Below the pieces are notes generated by a model. The model saw nothing but the letters and a program-made list of their open reading frames with translations, made no database searches and had not been told where the DNA came from. A stretch of 32,000 nt of DNA from Candidatus Nitrosopumilus koreensis AR1 (lineage in GTDB: Archaea; Thermoproteota; Nitrososphaeria; Nitrososphaerales; Nitrosopumilaceae), in contig NC_018655.1 in the NCBI RefSeq assembly GCF_000299365.1, positions 1,170,001 through 1,202,000 on the forward strand. The letters run 5' to 3'. Below, in pieces: positions 1-10,170 of the stretch (position 1 is its first letter; every line of letters begins with the position of its first letter). A program made the translations under genes and the position numbers.

Positions 1-269
1 ATGAAGACAAGATTTCTCTGAGTCTTTTTGAGTATAGAGGAGATGGAGGAATAAGAACAACACTTGCAAATCCAAAATTTGATGCAAACTCTAGATTTTT
101 GATCGAAACAGGTCCCAACACAAACACATTTGAAGTAAAAATTAAGATCCCAAGAGAGATAGATGGGAAGATAATTCACATAGGAGACAAGTATGAGATT
201 AGATACATCGATAGAAGTACACCATCTGGAACAGAAGAGAAAATAATTTTCAAAGGAAGGATTGGATAG
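1..269 (+). CDS. C-terminal fragment of a secreted/surface-type hypothetical protein (truncated by window start)
   Basis: Open frame from the left edge to TAG at 267-269: ...KISLSLFEYRGDGGIRTTLANPKFDANSRFLIETGPNTNTFEVKIKIPREIDGKIIHIGDKYEIRYIDRSTPSGTEEKIIFKGRIG*. This beta-rich tail resembles thaumarchaeal surface proteins from memory. Confidence 0.6.
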   Translation, partial: EDKISLSLFEYRGDGGIRTTLANPKFDANSRFLIETGPNTNTFEVKIKIPREIDGKIIHIGDKYEIRYIDRSTPSGTEEKIIFKGRIG

Positions 270-334
270 ATGGATCAGTTTTGTCAAAGTTCAGTATAAC
301 CTAAAGATTTTATTCAAACCAACAAACTATTGTT

Positions 335-1170
335 GTGCTCAATACCGTATACAAAGATGCAATAATCAACAGGGACAAGATGTTATCTATTCTCAAAGGT
401 CCAAAATTTGAGCAGATTTTACAAAAAGCAAGAGAAAATTGGGTGGAATTTACGCCTGTGAAAGAAGAAGCAGTTACAGCAGGAATTGATTCTAGTTTTA
501 ACAATACAAAATTTCAAGGGATTGAGCTTTGGGCAACTACAGCAGTTTCCATTAAAGCAGATGGAGAAATATTAGTAGATTTACATGAGTCAGGATTAGG
601 ATCAGATACTGATCTTTCAAGAATTGCAAGTAAAATGGAAATTGATGCCTGTGAAAAAACCATAGATCAGGTTGATTTGGTATTGATGGATGGTTCTTTG
701 CATTCCCAGTTTATGACCAGACAATCAGCTTTAGATGCACAAGTTGTCAGAACAATGAAAAAAAAGACAATGTAATTTTTATTGCAAAAACATCAAACAC
801 AAAAAAACAATTTGAAAAATTAGGTTCGCTTGCAGGAGATATTTTTTATTATAATCATGTTACAAAAGGTCCAGGATTCAGTAAGTTATTTGTAGAAAAA
901 AAATATGGAACTGACAAAATCATATCATCAACATTTGTAAGATTAAGTGATTCTACACCAATTATCAAGTTAGAATTTCTTGGAGAACAGCATGATGAAA
1001 AAGAGATAAAATTAGTCATAAACAAACTATACAAAACAAGTATTGGAGGATATCCATACGCATTAAAACTTGCACATAATAACTGTAAAATATCTGATAA
1101 AGAGCTTGCAAAGATGGTTAGTTTGTTAGGTCTAAGTAACGAGATTGGTTCACGTGAGGTACTGGGTTGA
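335..1170 (+). pseudogene. nurA: NurA 5'-3' nuclease, frameshifted (GTG start; -1 lesion in an A8 tract at 758-765)
   Basis: ORF 335-775 (MLNTVYKDAIINRDKML...DGSLHSQFMTRQ) stops early. The adjacent frame continues without a gap from 766 (DNVIFIAKTSNTKKQFEKLGSLAGDIFYYNHVTKGPGFSKLFVEKKYG...SREVLG*) to TGA 1168-1170, directly upstream of herA. Confidence 0.8.
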
Positions 1171-2699
1171 GTCTGGGTTTTGTTGTTGGTGAATCCAAAC
1201 CAACATTTGTTACTGCAATTACACAGAGAGCATTATCAGTTGGAGAATACATCAAAATATCTTCAGATGAAGGAGAGATTTTAGGATTAGTTGAAAAATC
1301 AGCAGTGTCTAGTGCTGCCTTTGCAGATGTTAAGAATTTTGATGAAGCATCAGAGAGCACAGAAATTGCAGAGATAAACAAGCGTGACAAAACATTTACT
1401 GCACATATTGGAATTTTGGGTTTTTTAGAAAACTTGAGGAAGGGTCAATCAATAATACCTGCAATACCACCAATCCCAGGCACTGAAATCACCCAACCAA
1501 GCAAGCAAGACCTAGAAGAGATTTTTAGTCCAAAAAATGAAGGATGGGTAAAGATTGGAAATCTTTTGAGAAATAAAACAATCGATGCGAAAGTAAACTT
1601 GGACAAAATTGTTTCAAGACATCTAGGAATTTTAGCGATGACAGGAATGGGGAAAAGTAATCTTGTATCACTAGTTACAAAACAGATTTCAAAACTAAAA
1701 GGCACCGTAATAATTTTTGATTATCATAATGATTACACGGCACTAAACATTCCACTAATCAATGTAATAGATGCAAAGATCAATCCAAGATTACTCGATG
1801 CAGACCAACTCTCAGAAGTTTTAGAAATTAGAGATGGTGCAAATGTTCAACAACGTGTTTTAAGAATGGCATTCACAAAACATGTCAAAGAATCAAAAGA
1901 GTTTTGGAGTAAATTAGAAAACGAGGTAGATTTTATTGTTAATTCAGAAGACAAAAAGCTAAAAGAGATCAGAACGTCAGCATATAGAGTTCAAGACATC
2001 ATAGAAGAAGCTCAACGTAGGTTTGAAGACATTTTAGATCCTGACATGGGTGATCCGATTAGTTTTATCAAAGAAGGACGTACCAACATCCTAAACATTT
2101 CAGAATTATCAGAAAAACAAGCAAATGTTGCAGTTGCATTTTACTTACAACAACTACTCAAAGATAGAAAAGATGCAAGTATTGCAAGACATGGTAAAAG
2201 TAAGAGAGAAAGAAGTTACAAATTCAATTCACCAATTTTTGTAATAATAGAAGAGGCACATGTTTTTATTCCAAAAGATCATGATACGAGTGCAAAATAC
2301 TGGGCCGCAAAAATTGCAAGGGAAGGAAGAAAATTTGGATTAGGATTAGGAATTGTATCTCAAAGACCTAGGAGTGTCGACCTTAATGTTCTCAGCCAGA
2401 TGGGTTCATTTGCAATAATGAAAATAATTCAAGAAGACGACCAACGCCAAATAGCCTCAGCAACAGAGTCAACTAGCCGTGAGTTGATTGCTCAACTGAC
2501 ATCACTAAATGTAGGTGATGCAGTCCTGGTTGGACAATGGACAAATTTACCATCACTTGTACATGTGGAGGAGGTCAAAGAGAAGATAATGGGAGCAGAT
2601 CAAAGTGCAGTCAATGCATGGGCCAATGCAGAAAAAATGAAAAAAGTTGCAGTAGAGTCAACACAGGGACTTGTTCAAAAAGATTTGTTATTAGACTGA
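1167..2699 (+). CDS. herA: HerA bipolar helicase/ATPase
   Basis: TTG start overlapping the nurA stop; Walker A GMGKSNL, Walker B FVIIEEAHVFIP, C-terminal QRPRSVD and GSF..MKI..EDDQRQIASA motifs. Confidence 0.93.
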   Translation: MSLGFVVGESKPTFVTAITQRALSVGEYIKISSDEGEILGLVEKSAVSSAAFADVKNFDEASESTEIAEINKRDKTFTAHIGILGFLENLRKGQSIIPAIPPIPGTEITQPSKQDLEEIFSPKNEGWVKIGNLLRNKTIDAKVNLDKIVSRHLGILAMTGMGKSNLVSLVTKQISKLKGTVIIFDYHNDYTALNIPLINVIDAKINPRLLDADQLSEVLEIRDGANVQQRVLRMAFTKHVKESKEFWSKLENEVDFIVNSEDKKLKEIRTSAYRVQDIIEEAQRRFEDILDPDMGDPISFIKEGRTNILNISELSEKQANVAVAFYLQQLLKDRKDASIARHGKSKRERSYKFNSPIFVIIEEAHVFIPKDHDTSAKYWAAKIAREGRKFGLGLGIVSQRPRSVDLNVLSQMGSFAIMKIIQEDDQRQIASATESTSRELIAQLTSLNVGDAVLVGQWTNLPSLVHVEEVKEKIMGADQSAVNAWANAEKMKKVAVESTQGLVQKDLLLD

Positions 2700-3841
2700 T
2701 GCAATTTTCACATATTTCAGACACACATTTAGGATTAGTACAGTACGGTTCAGAGGAACGTGCACAAGACGTCTACGATGTTTTCAATCAATCAATAGAT
2801 ACATCAATTAAAGACCACATGGATTTTGTGATTTTTGCAGGAGACATTTTCCACGTACCAAATCCTAATGGAACGGCAATTGTACAAATGGCAAATGGTC
2901 TTAAGCGATTAAAACAAAATAATATTGATTCCTTTTTCATTCTAGGGGAACACGATATTAGTAGAATTAGGACCACGCCAATTCCATATGTTTATCATAA
3001 TTTAGAATTCTCAAGATATATCGGCCAAGGAAAACCAATTGAATACAAAGGAATACTTCTTGCAGGATTTGATAAAATTAGAAAAGCAGAGATTTCACAA
3101 TATGAAGAAAAATTTGCCGAAGTTGATAAGATTGCAGAAAACTTTTCAGGTCACAAAATACTAGTTCTACATCAAGGAGTAACAGAGTTTAATAAATTTG
3201 CAGGAGAATTACAATCAACAGATCTTCCAAAAAATTTCACATATTATGCAATGGGACATCTTCATGATAAAGATATTAAAAAATTCAATCACCTTAATGG
3301 TCCAATTGCATATCCAGGTTCAATCGAATTGACAACCAGTGAAGGAATCAAAGAAACTAAAAAAGGGTTCTTTGAAGTAGATATTTCAGGAAAAGATGCA
3401 AAACTAGATTGGATAGAGCTGGATACCAGACCACAGTTTTCGTTTAAAGCACAATATCAAGAATTATCAAAAACAATAGATGAGATTTCTGAAAAAATAG
3501 CAGGATTTACAAAAAAACCCATTGTGGAGGTAAACATACAAGGTGAAAAAATAGAGACAGACCACATTCAGGCACAAATTGCAAGGTTAAATTCCATGGT
3601 TTTGAGGTGTTTGTGGAGAATCAGTACAAAGAAGATTTCAGATTCATCAGTATTTCTAGACAAGCCAAATGTAATTGATGAGGAGATGTTTAGACTATCA
3701 GTTGACGTATTAGGTTCAGAACAATATGCTAGTTTTGCAATCAAAGAGCTACTTCCAGTTTTATCATCAGGGGAAATTCAAGAAGCATCACAGATAATTA
3801 TTGAAAATTTTGAAAAATTCAAAAAGGAGAGAGAAAAATGA
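2699..3841 (+). CDS. mre11: Mre11 DNA double-strand break repair nuclease
   Basis: Phosphoesterase motifs SDTHLG, AGDIFH, GEHD, HQG, MGHLH. ATG at 2699 overlaps the herA TGA; the tracked ORF start at 2537 is an artefact overlapping herA. Confidence 0.92.
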   Translation: MQFSHISDTHLGLVQYGSEERAQDVYDVFNQSIDTSIKDHMDFVIFAGDIFHVPNPNGTAIVQMANGLKRLKQNNIDSFFILGEHDISRIRTTPIPYVYHNLEFSRYIGQGKPIEYKGILLAGFDKIRKAEISQYEEKFAEVDKIAENFSGHKILVLHQGVTEFNKFAGELQSTDLPKNFTYYAMGHLHDKDIKKFNHLNGPIAYPGSIELTTSEGIKETKKGFFEVDISGKDAKLDWIELDTRPQFSFKAQYQELSKTIDEISEKIAGFTKKPIVEVNIQGEKIETDHIQAQIARLNSMVLRCLWRISTKKISDSSVFLDKPNVIDEEMFRLSVDVLGSEQYASFAIKELLPVLSSGEIQEASQIIIENFEKFKKEREK

Positions 3842-5947
3842 TCACATCAATTGAATTAGGAGATTTCTTGGCGCATTCTGAAACAAAACTAGATTTTGAT
3901 AATGGAGTTACAGTTTTTGTAGGCCATAACGGTGCAGGAAAATCAAGCATAATAGATGCAATCACATTTGCATTATTTGGTCAGCATACAAGAAAATCAA
4001 ACAAAGGTCTAATCAAACGAAACGCAACACAGGGATTTGCCAAAATAAGCTTTTCAGTAAACGGAAGAATTTTTGAAGCTGTAAGAAAGATTGACAGTAA
4101 GGGGGCACTTTCTGCAAAATTCACAGAAATAGTTGACAATAAAAGAGTAGAGATAGCAGCAGGAGAAAGAAAGCAATTTGGCGAATCAATGACACAAGAG
4201 ATTGAAAAAGTAATAGGTCTTGATTTTGAAAAACTAAAAGTAGCATCAATTGTTCAACAAGGAGAACTTAATGCAATAATCAATGCAAAACCAAAAGAAT
4301 TCAAGGAGTTGTTAAATGCAATAATAGGAATCGACAAGCTTGATGTAGCTTCAGAATCTATGAAGATAGTAAACAAAGAATTTCGTGAAAATATTAAAAG
4401 AAAAATAGGGTATGATGACACACACATAGAAATTTTATCAAGAGACTTGGAAATGTATCAAAAAGAGATCAAAGAGTCAGAACCACAAAAAAATCAGTTA
4501 CAATCAAAACAAGAGACATTACAAAATGAAGTCAAAAATTTAAGAGAGGAAGTGGAGGCAGAAGCCCCAAAAATTGACAAAATCAACCAACTGGAATTAC
4601 GAAAAAAAGAATTAATCGAATATGCAAAAGGTGCAATTCATGAAATTCAACATGAAATTAGTGAAAATGAGCGTAAAATACACGATTGTGAGGCATGTTT
4701 TGAGCCTGCAAGCCTAAAAGGAGATTTAGAATCAAAAATTCAAAAAATAGAGCAAGCAGTAGAAGAGACTTTAAAAAAAGTTCAAGATATGAGGAACCAG
4801 ACCGCTTCTCTTAAAGAAAAACAAATTCTTGCATCAAAACTTCAGTTAAAAGACAACAAATGCCCAGTTTGTGATTCCAGTGTAGAAAAATTAAAACCGA
4901 TATTCCAAGAAGACCATCTAAAACAAGAATTAATGTCATTAGAAGAGCAGATTATTAGAAAAGAAGAAGAACATCAAATGTACAATCAAAAAAGAAAAGA
5001 GTTTTCTGAAAAATTACAAGCTGCAAGAGATGCAGAAGCCACGCTTAGAGCACATTCCATAACTTCAAAAGACCAACTAGAAAAAATTCAAGAGAATGTA
5101 AGAATCAAAAGACAAAATATCCAAAAAATTCCAGTGGTGAACAGCGGGAATTTGATTGAAATCTCACAGATTGATTCTCATGCAAAAACAATTTTTGAGA
5201 ACATATCAAAATTAGAATCAGAGACCAATGGTTTTGATGAGCAAGAATTTTTGAATCTAAAAAAATTAGTTAATCAAAAACAGATGGAATTGTCAAGTGT
5301 TGATCAACAGATAGGGGCAATACTAGAGAAAATATCAAAAGGAAAAGAACAAATTAGAATTATTGAAAACGCGATTTCTGAACTGCATGTTGTTAAAGAA
5401 TATGTAACAAATCTTGCTGAAATTCAAAATAATATTTTTAGTAGAGATGGTCCTGTTGCTACAAGTCTAAGATCATGGGCATTAAATGCAATTTCAGCCA
5501 AGGCATCAGAATATCTTGCATTACTTAATACAAAAATTCAAAGAATCCAATTGACAGAAAAAGCTAGAGATATTTCAATTAACAGAAAAAGCTAGAGATA
5601 TTTCAATTATTTGTAATTCAAAAACAGAAGAGTTAGATTTAGAGTCGTTGAGCGGAGGTGAAAAAGTCAGTGTTGCATTAGCCTTAAGATTAGGCATGGC
5701 AAGTCTCCTAGGAGCATCAAACCTTAACTTGATGATACTAGATGAACCTACAACACATCTTGATGCAGAAAGAAAAAAATCTCTAGTAGGAGTATTGTCT
5801 CAACTATCAAATATTTCAAATTCAGAAACGCCCATGCAATTTATCATAATTACGCATGATTCAGAGATTTTCGAGGATTCTACAGTTGAGCAAATTTACA
5901 AATTCGAGTCATCTGAACAAGGTAGCAAAGTGTCATTATTGAATTAG
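3838..5947 (+). pseudogene. rad50: Rad50 ATPase, split by a 28-bp tandem duplication causing a frameshift at about 5554-5609
   Basis: Walker A GHNGAGKSSI, Q-loop VQQGEL, zinc hook CPVC, then a stop at 5595. The adjacent frame carries signature LSGGEKVSVALALRLG and Walker B LMILDEPTTHLD up to 5947. ATG overlaps the mre11 stop. Confidence 0.9.
5554..5609 (+). repeat. Perfect 28-bp tandem direct duplication inside rad50
   Basis: Unit ACAGAAAAAGCTAGAGATATTTCAATTA at 5554-5581 and again at 5582-5609; 28 is not divisible by 3. Confidence 0.97.
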
Positions 5948-5956
5948 TTTTAAGAA

Positions 5957-7222
5957 TTATTCTACGTGAACTATTCCAGTCATCCAAGGATGAACCATGC
6001 AGAAGTAATCATAAGTTCCAGGTTTTTCAAATGTGAATTCAAAAGTAGCACCAGACAGGAACAATCCAGAATCAAACATTCCAGTAGCACCTGCATTAAC
6101 ATTTCCGCTTGTCACAGTGTGTGCAGCAGAATCATCATTACTCCAAATGATTGTTGAATCAACTGGCACAGTTGCTTCATAAGGCAAATAGCATTCGTTA
6201 GTTTCATTGCATCCTGGAGCCCCAGACCCTTCAGGAATTGAAATAGTCAAAGATATTGGCAAATCAGACTGAGATTCAGGTAATTCTCTAGGTTCTGCAG
6301 TAGGTTCATCCATTAATTCCTCTGTTGGTTCAATTACAATCATTTCAGAGACTTCATTAACAATGACTTTACCAGTCATCCAAGGATGAACCATGCAGAA
6401 GTAATCATAAGTTCCAGGTTTTTCAAATGTGAATTCAAAAGTTTCACCTGCCATAAACAAACTTGAATCAAAGACTCCAGTTGCACCATCTTGTATATTG
6501 CCACTAGTTACTGTATGAGCAGCCGTGTCAACATTATTCCATTGAACAGCATCCCCAATGAAAATTGTAATTGTATGGGGCAAGTAACATTCGTTTGTCT
6601 CTTCACATCCAGGACCGCCAGAGCCTTGTGTAATTTCAACCACATGTTTTTGTGGTGGTGCAGGAACTGCAGAGGTCACCTCACCTAACACTAGAGTATC
6701 AGGTTCTTCAACAATTTTTGATTTAGGGGTGACTGTCAGCACATACTCACTGGTTATTGGAGTAGCAACATCTTTGCCATGCCCCAGACCAGTAACTAGA
6801 ATTTTGATTGTAACATCAGAATTGCCAAGCACACTTGTTTTGTGAACAGGGAATAATTCAATTGCATATCCATCATCGTCAACACTTGTATGTCTATGAG
6901 ATTCCTCATGGAGGATTTCATTCCCATCTTGGGTTGCAGATATTGTATAATAGACATGGTTTACAATTTGACCATCATCTCCGATAAATTCAGATTCAAT
7001 TTCTAAAATTTCACCTTCAACTGCAGAAATAGGCAAAAGTTGTGGATTTACAAGGATTTCAGTAACTTCAACTTCCATGCTGGGTGTGACAATGGGCATA
7101 TTATTCTCAACCACTCTTGGCTCAATAATTTCATCTGGAGACATTGCGATAAATCCAATTGATATTGCTGCCAATACTCCAACTGCAGTTATAATTCCAT
7201 AAGAAAAGTTCATCTCATCCAC
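5957..7222 (-). CDS. Membrane-anchored secreted protein with two C-terminal plastocyanin-like blue copper domains
   Basis: N-terminal hydrophobic segment. Two copies of ...AAHTVTSGN(I/V)..GATG.FDS..F..G..FEFTFEKPGTYDYFCMVHPWMTG (H...C..H..M type-1 copper ligands). Confidence 0.9.
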   Translation of the reverse strand: MDEMNFSYGIITAVGVLAAISIGFIAMSPDEIIEPRVVENNMPIVTPSMEVEVTEILVNPQLLPISAVEGEILEIESEFIGDDGQIVNHVYYTISATQDGNEILHEESHRHTSVDDDGYAIELFPVHKTSVLGNSDVTIKILVTGLGHGKDVATPITSEYVLTVTPKSKIVEEPDTLVLGEVTSAVPAPPQKHVVEITQGSGGPGCEETNECYLPHTITIFIGDAVQWNNVDTAAHTVTSGNIQDGATGVFDSSLFMAGETFEFTFEKPGTYDYFCMVHPWMTGKVIVNEVSEMIVIEPTEELMDEPTAEPRELPESQSDLPISLTISIPEGSGAPGCNETNECYLPYEATVPVDSTIIWSNDDSAAHTVTSGNVNAGATGMFDSGLFLSGATFEFTFEKPGTYDYFCMVHPWMTGIVHVE

Positions 7223-7703
7223 CTGTTAACTTTGCAAACTTTTCGTTCTTACTTAACTTTTCCATAAATTCAATATTAGATAGAGCTACAACTGCAGATT
7301 CAACAACTGGTTTGTCTGGATCGTTTAATGCTTTTTCCAGAGCATCTTTTGCATCTTTATTTCCAACAACACCTAATGCAATTGCGGCTTCATGTCGTAC
7401 AAACATACTTGGATCATTTAGAGTTGCATCAGTAAGTGGAGGAACAGAGCTAGAATAACACATTTGACCTAGAGAAAAGGCAGCTTCGTGTCTTACTAAT
7501 TCATTATCATCATTTTTTAAAACTTTGGCAATATAGTGAACTTTATCCTCTCCACCAAAATCAACTAAGATACAGGTAGCTCTTGTTCGAACCACATAAT
7601 CAGGATGATCCAAAAGATTTACAAAATATTCAGTATCTTTTTGCTCATATTTTTTTTCCATCTCAGCAAAAAGTGTTAATCGATCATCAGTAACTACTTG
7701 CAA
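7215..7703 (-). CDS. HEAT-repeat (PBS-lyase-like) protein
   Basis: Repeats such as DDNELVRHEAAFSLGQM, DPSMFVRHEAAIALGVVGNKDA and DPDKPVVESAVVALSNI. Confidence 0.85.
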   Translation of the reverse strand: MQVVTDDRLTLFAEMEKKYEQKDTEYFVNLLDHPDYVVRTRATCILVDFGGEDKVHYIAKVLKNDDNELVRHEAAFSLGQMCYSSSVPPLTDATLNDPSMFVRHEAAIALGVVGNKDAKDALEKALNDPDKPVVESAVVALSNIEFMEKLSKNEKFAKLTGG

Positions 7704-7800
7704 TGTTTTTGGAGATTTTTGTGTCCTATATTTAGTTAATCAGAAGAAATTCAAAATTTCTGTAGGTATGTATTTAATGGAAAAAATATGATGGTGTTTC

Positions 7801-8466
7801 ATGAGCGCAGTAATTGGTGAAAAAGCACCAAATTTTGGAGTTTCAGAATGGGTTCAAGGTGCACCAACGAATTTTGATCAAGAAAAAGACCATATTGTTT
7901 TAGTTGAGGTATTTCAGGTAAATTGTCCGGGTTGTTTTATGCACGCATTGCCTGAGGCAATTGAGATCTACAACAAATACAAAGATGAAGGCGTAAGGGT
8001 AATTGGTATTGCTACTGCCTTTGAAGATTTTGATAAAAATACTTTAGACAATTTGAAAATGCTTGCAGAAACTGGAGAGATAGTTGGAGAAACCAAAAAG
8101 GCATTTCAGATGAGCGGACAACTTCAGGAAGGCAACAAGCTACCATACAAAATCCCATTCCCATTAGCAATGGATAATTTGGTAAAGACAACAGGGGAAA
8201 TAAGTCAAGAAAAAATTATGCAGTTTATCTACCCTCAGATTCCAGAGTTTGATTCACAACCAGAGGAATACAAAAAACAGATCATTCAAAGAGTCAAAGA
8301 TTACATGAAATCAAAAGAATATTCTGCTGAAACCTTTGAAAAGTTTGCACTTCAAGGAACACCATCAACCATCCTAGTTGATAGAAAAGGGATTCTCAGA
8401 GATGTTTCATTTGGACAAGTCGGACAAGCAGAATCAATGATTCAGAAATTACTCAATGAAGGTTAG
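7801..8466 (+). CDS. Thioredoxin-fold redoxin/TlpA-like protein
   Basis: VLVEVFQVNCPGCFMHALPEAIEIYNKYKDEGVRVIGIATAFEDFDKN; CPGC active-site-like motif. Confidence 0.87.
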   Translation: MSAVIGEKAPNFGVSEWVQGAPTNFDQEKDHIVLVEVFQVNCPGCFMHALPEAIEIYNKYKDEGVRVIGIATAFEDFDKNTLDNLKMLAETGEIVGETKKAFQMSGQLQEGNKLPYKIPFPLAMDNLVKTTGEISQEKIMQFIYPQIPEFDSQPEEYKKQIIQRVKDYMKSKEYSAETFEKFALQGTPSTILVDRKGILRDVSFGQVGQAESMIQKLLNEG

Positions 8467-8467
8467 A

Positions 8468-8548
8468 TCATACAAATAAAACAAGAGTGATCGATAGTGC
8501 TACAGCTACAACAAATCCTCCAATAAGAGCAATTTTTGAATTATCCAC
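8468..8548 (-). CDS. Possible 26-aa single-TM microprotein
   Basis: GTG start; MDNSKIALIGGFVVAVALSITLVLFV*. Short ORF with no homology support available. Confidence 0.3.
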   Translation of the reverse strand: MDNSKIALIGGFVVAVALSITLVLFV

Positions 8549-8622
8549 AAAATTTGGTTTTAGATTATGAATTTTAAGGATATTATCAAAAACATTAATT
8601 CAAATCAAAAGCATCATTGACT

Positions 8623-8715
8623 ATGGAAGGAGAACAGATCATTGTTCCATTGTTGATTGTGCTTGCGGTAGGGATTTTTGTAGGTACTAGAATCTGGATT
8701 ATGTTTAAAAAATAG
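8623..8715 (+). CDS. 30-aa single-TM microprotein
   Basis: MEGEQIIVPLLIVLAVGIFVGTRIWIMFKK*: one TM helix with basic C-terminus, located between two annotatable genes. Confidence 0.5.
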   Translation: MEGEQIIVPLLIVLAVGIFVGTRIWIMFKK

Positions 8716-9523
8716 ATTTTTTAATTTTCATAATTACAATTGCAGGCAATCCAAAATACATACCAACATTTAGTACAATCAAAGATATTCCAATGGACAA
8801 TACTTCAGATTCTGTTTCTGCATAATCCATAAGAGACAATGTAGTTATCATAGGAGTAATTCCTGCCTTGATTATCTCATTGAATACAGGGTTTTCTCTT
8901 TGATAATCTGCTATTTGCGGACTGAACAGATAATAAAATTTGTTAAAGGAATTCATGAAAGATTTTCCTGATTCTGTTTGCATTAGTTTGTTATCTCTTA
9001 ATTCTCTTAATTGTTGTACCTGAGGTGCCAGTTCAGAGCCAAACGTTGCAGTTGCAATCAAACATCCACCACCAGACTCCTCATCAGAATAATTTTTTTG
9101 ATCAGATGTAGGCACTTCAATTTCTTTTACACCAGTCAATGCGTCTGTTCCAATGATGTCAATTTTGTTATTACCAATTCCAGTAAAATTCAAAGTGATA
9201 AATGAAATTCTATCATTTGATTTTGATTTTTGGATAGTCTCAACATCGTTGATAAAAAAAGTGAAATTTCCATAAAGTAAATTTTTAGGAATTGTTACTT
9301 CACCTAAATTATTTTCCAATCCGCTGTTAATGAAAAGTGTCAAACGTTTTTCATCTTTATCAAATTCATGTTCCAAAACATCAAAGTTTGAAACAGTCAC
9401 AACTTCAAAAGTATGTCCACCGGCATCCACATCAAGACGAGTCAGCAATCCTGTTCTATCAGATAGTTGACCAAATACAGGAGAGATTATCAATAGTAAC
9501 GGAATTAAGAAAATTATTTTCAA
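8705..9523 (-). CDS. Secreted protein with CFI-box-like C-terminal domain and terminal TM helix
   Basis: Signal peptide MKIIFLIPLLLIISPVFG; GGGCLIATATFGSELAPQVQQLRELRDNKL motif followed by a hydrophobic C-terminus. Confidence 0.8.
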   Translation of the reverse strand: MKIIFLIPLLLIISPVFGQLSDRTGLLTRLDVDAGGHTFEVVTVSNFDVLEHEFDKDEKRLTLFINSGLENNLGEVTIPKNLLYGNFTFFINDVETIQKSKSNDRISFITLNFTGIGNNKIDIIGTDALTGVKEIEVPTSDQKNYSDEESGGGCLIATATFGSELAPQVQQLRELRDNKLMQTESGKSFMNSFNKFYYLFSPQIADYQRENPVFNEIIKAGITPMITTLSLMDYAETESEVLSIGISLIVLNVGMYFGLPAIVIMKIKKSIF

Positions 9524-9524
9524 T

Positions 9525-10022
9525 TTATGCTGTCTGAGATATTCGTTTAGTTAATTCTTTATCTTGTGCAACTCTTGGATGATCTGGATCTGCCAAGATT
9601 ACTTCAAACCAATAGTGTTTTCCATCTTTATAGATAAAGTAAGAACCCAAAAGTTTCATGTTTGGATATCTTTCACTTACTCTTCGTTCTGCAACAGTTT
9701 TCATATTGTCATCTGCCTTGATTCTTGTTACACCAAGATGTTTTGGTCTTCTACCACCAGTAGGTCTTTGTTTTCTCATACCACCAGTACCAACCCTCAT
9801 TCTAACAACAATAATGCCTTGTTTTGCTTTGTACCCCAATCTTCTTGCTCTTTGTAATCTGCTAGGCTTGTCAATACGAGTAATTGCATTTTGTTTACGC
9901 CAACCAACTATACGTTCACGTAGCTCTGGAGCATTTTCTTTCCAGAGTCTGATCCATATTTGGTCTTGACGACTAGGCATATCGGGCATAGTAAAATCCC
10001 CTTTAATAACTGATTTCCACAT
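9525..10022 (-). CDS. rpl15e: 50S ribosomal protein L15e
   Basis: RLQRARRLGYKAKQGIIVVRMRVGTGGMRKQRPTGGRRPKHLGV...ERYPNMKLLGSYFIYKDGKHYWFEVILADPDHP. The true start may be internal. Confidence 0.95.
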   Translation of the reverse strand: MWKSVIKGDFTMPDMPSRQDQIWIRLWKENAPELRERIVGWRKQNAITRIDKPSRLQRARRLGYKAKQGIIVVRMRVGTGGMRKQRPTGGRRPKHLGVTRIKADDNMKTVAERRVSERYPNMKLLGSYFIYKDGKHYWFEVILADPDHPRVAQDKELTKRISQTA

Positions 10023-10170
10023 TTGTTAGGGTTTGAATATAAAATAAAAAAGGAAAGAAAATTAGGCTAATTTCCTGAGATTAAATCCCAGATAAAACCA
10101 AATAATTCTCTAAACACAGTTTTTTATCTAAAAAATTGTAGATAATCTCAAAACTAAAAATTCACTGACA

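Noticed and set aside
2537-2698. N-terminal extension of the Mre11 ORF
   Set aside because: Out-of-frame overlap with the herA 3' end; canonical Mre11 begins MQFSHISDTHLG at ATG 2699.
335-5947. HerA/NurA/Mre11/Rad50 block as a candidate antiviral defence system (HerA-nuclease type)
   Set aside because: Gene order and motifs match the widespread archaeal end-resection operon. No SIR2, DUF4297 or other defence effector is adjacent, so I treat it as housekeeping repair with lesions.
9564-9969. Two plus-strand ORFs (97 and 103 aa)
   Set aside because: Both lie antisense to the conserved L15e gene.
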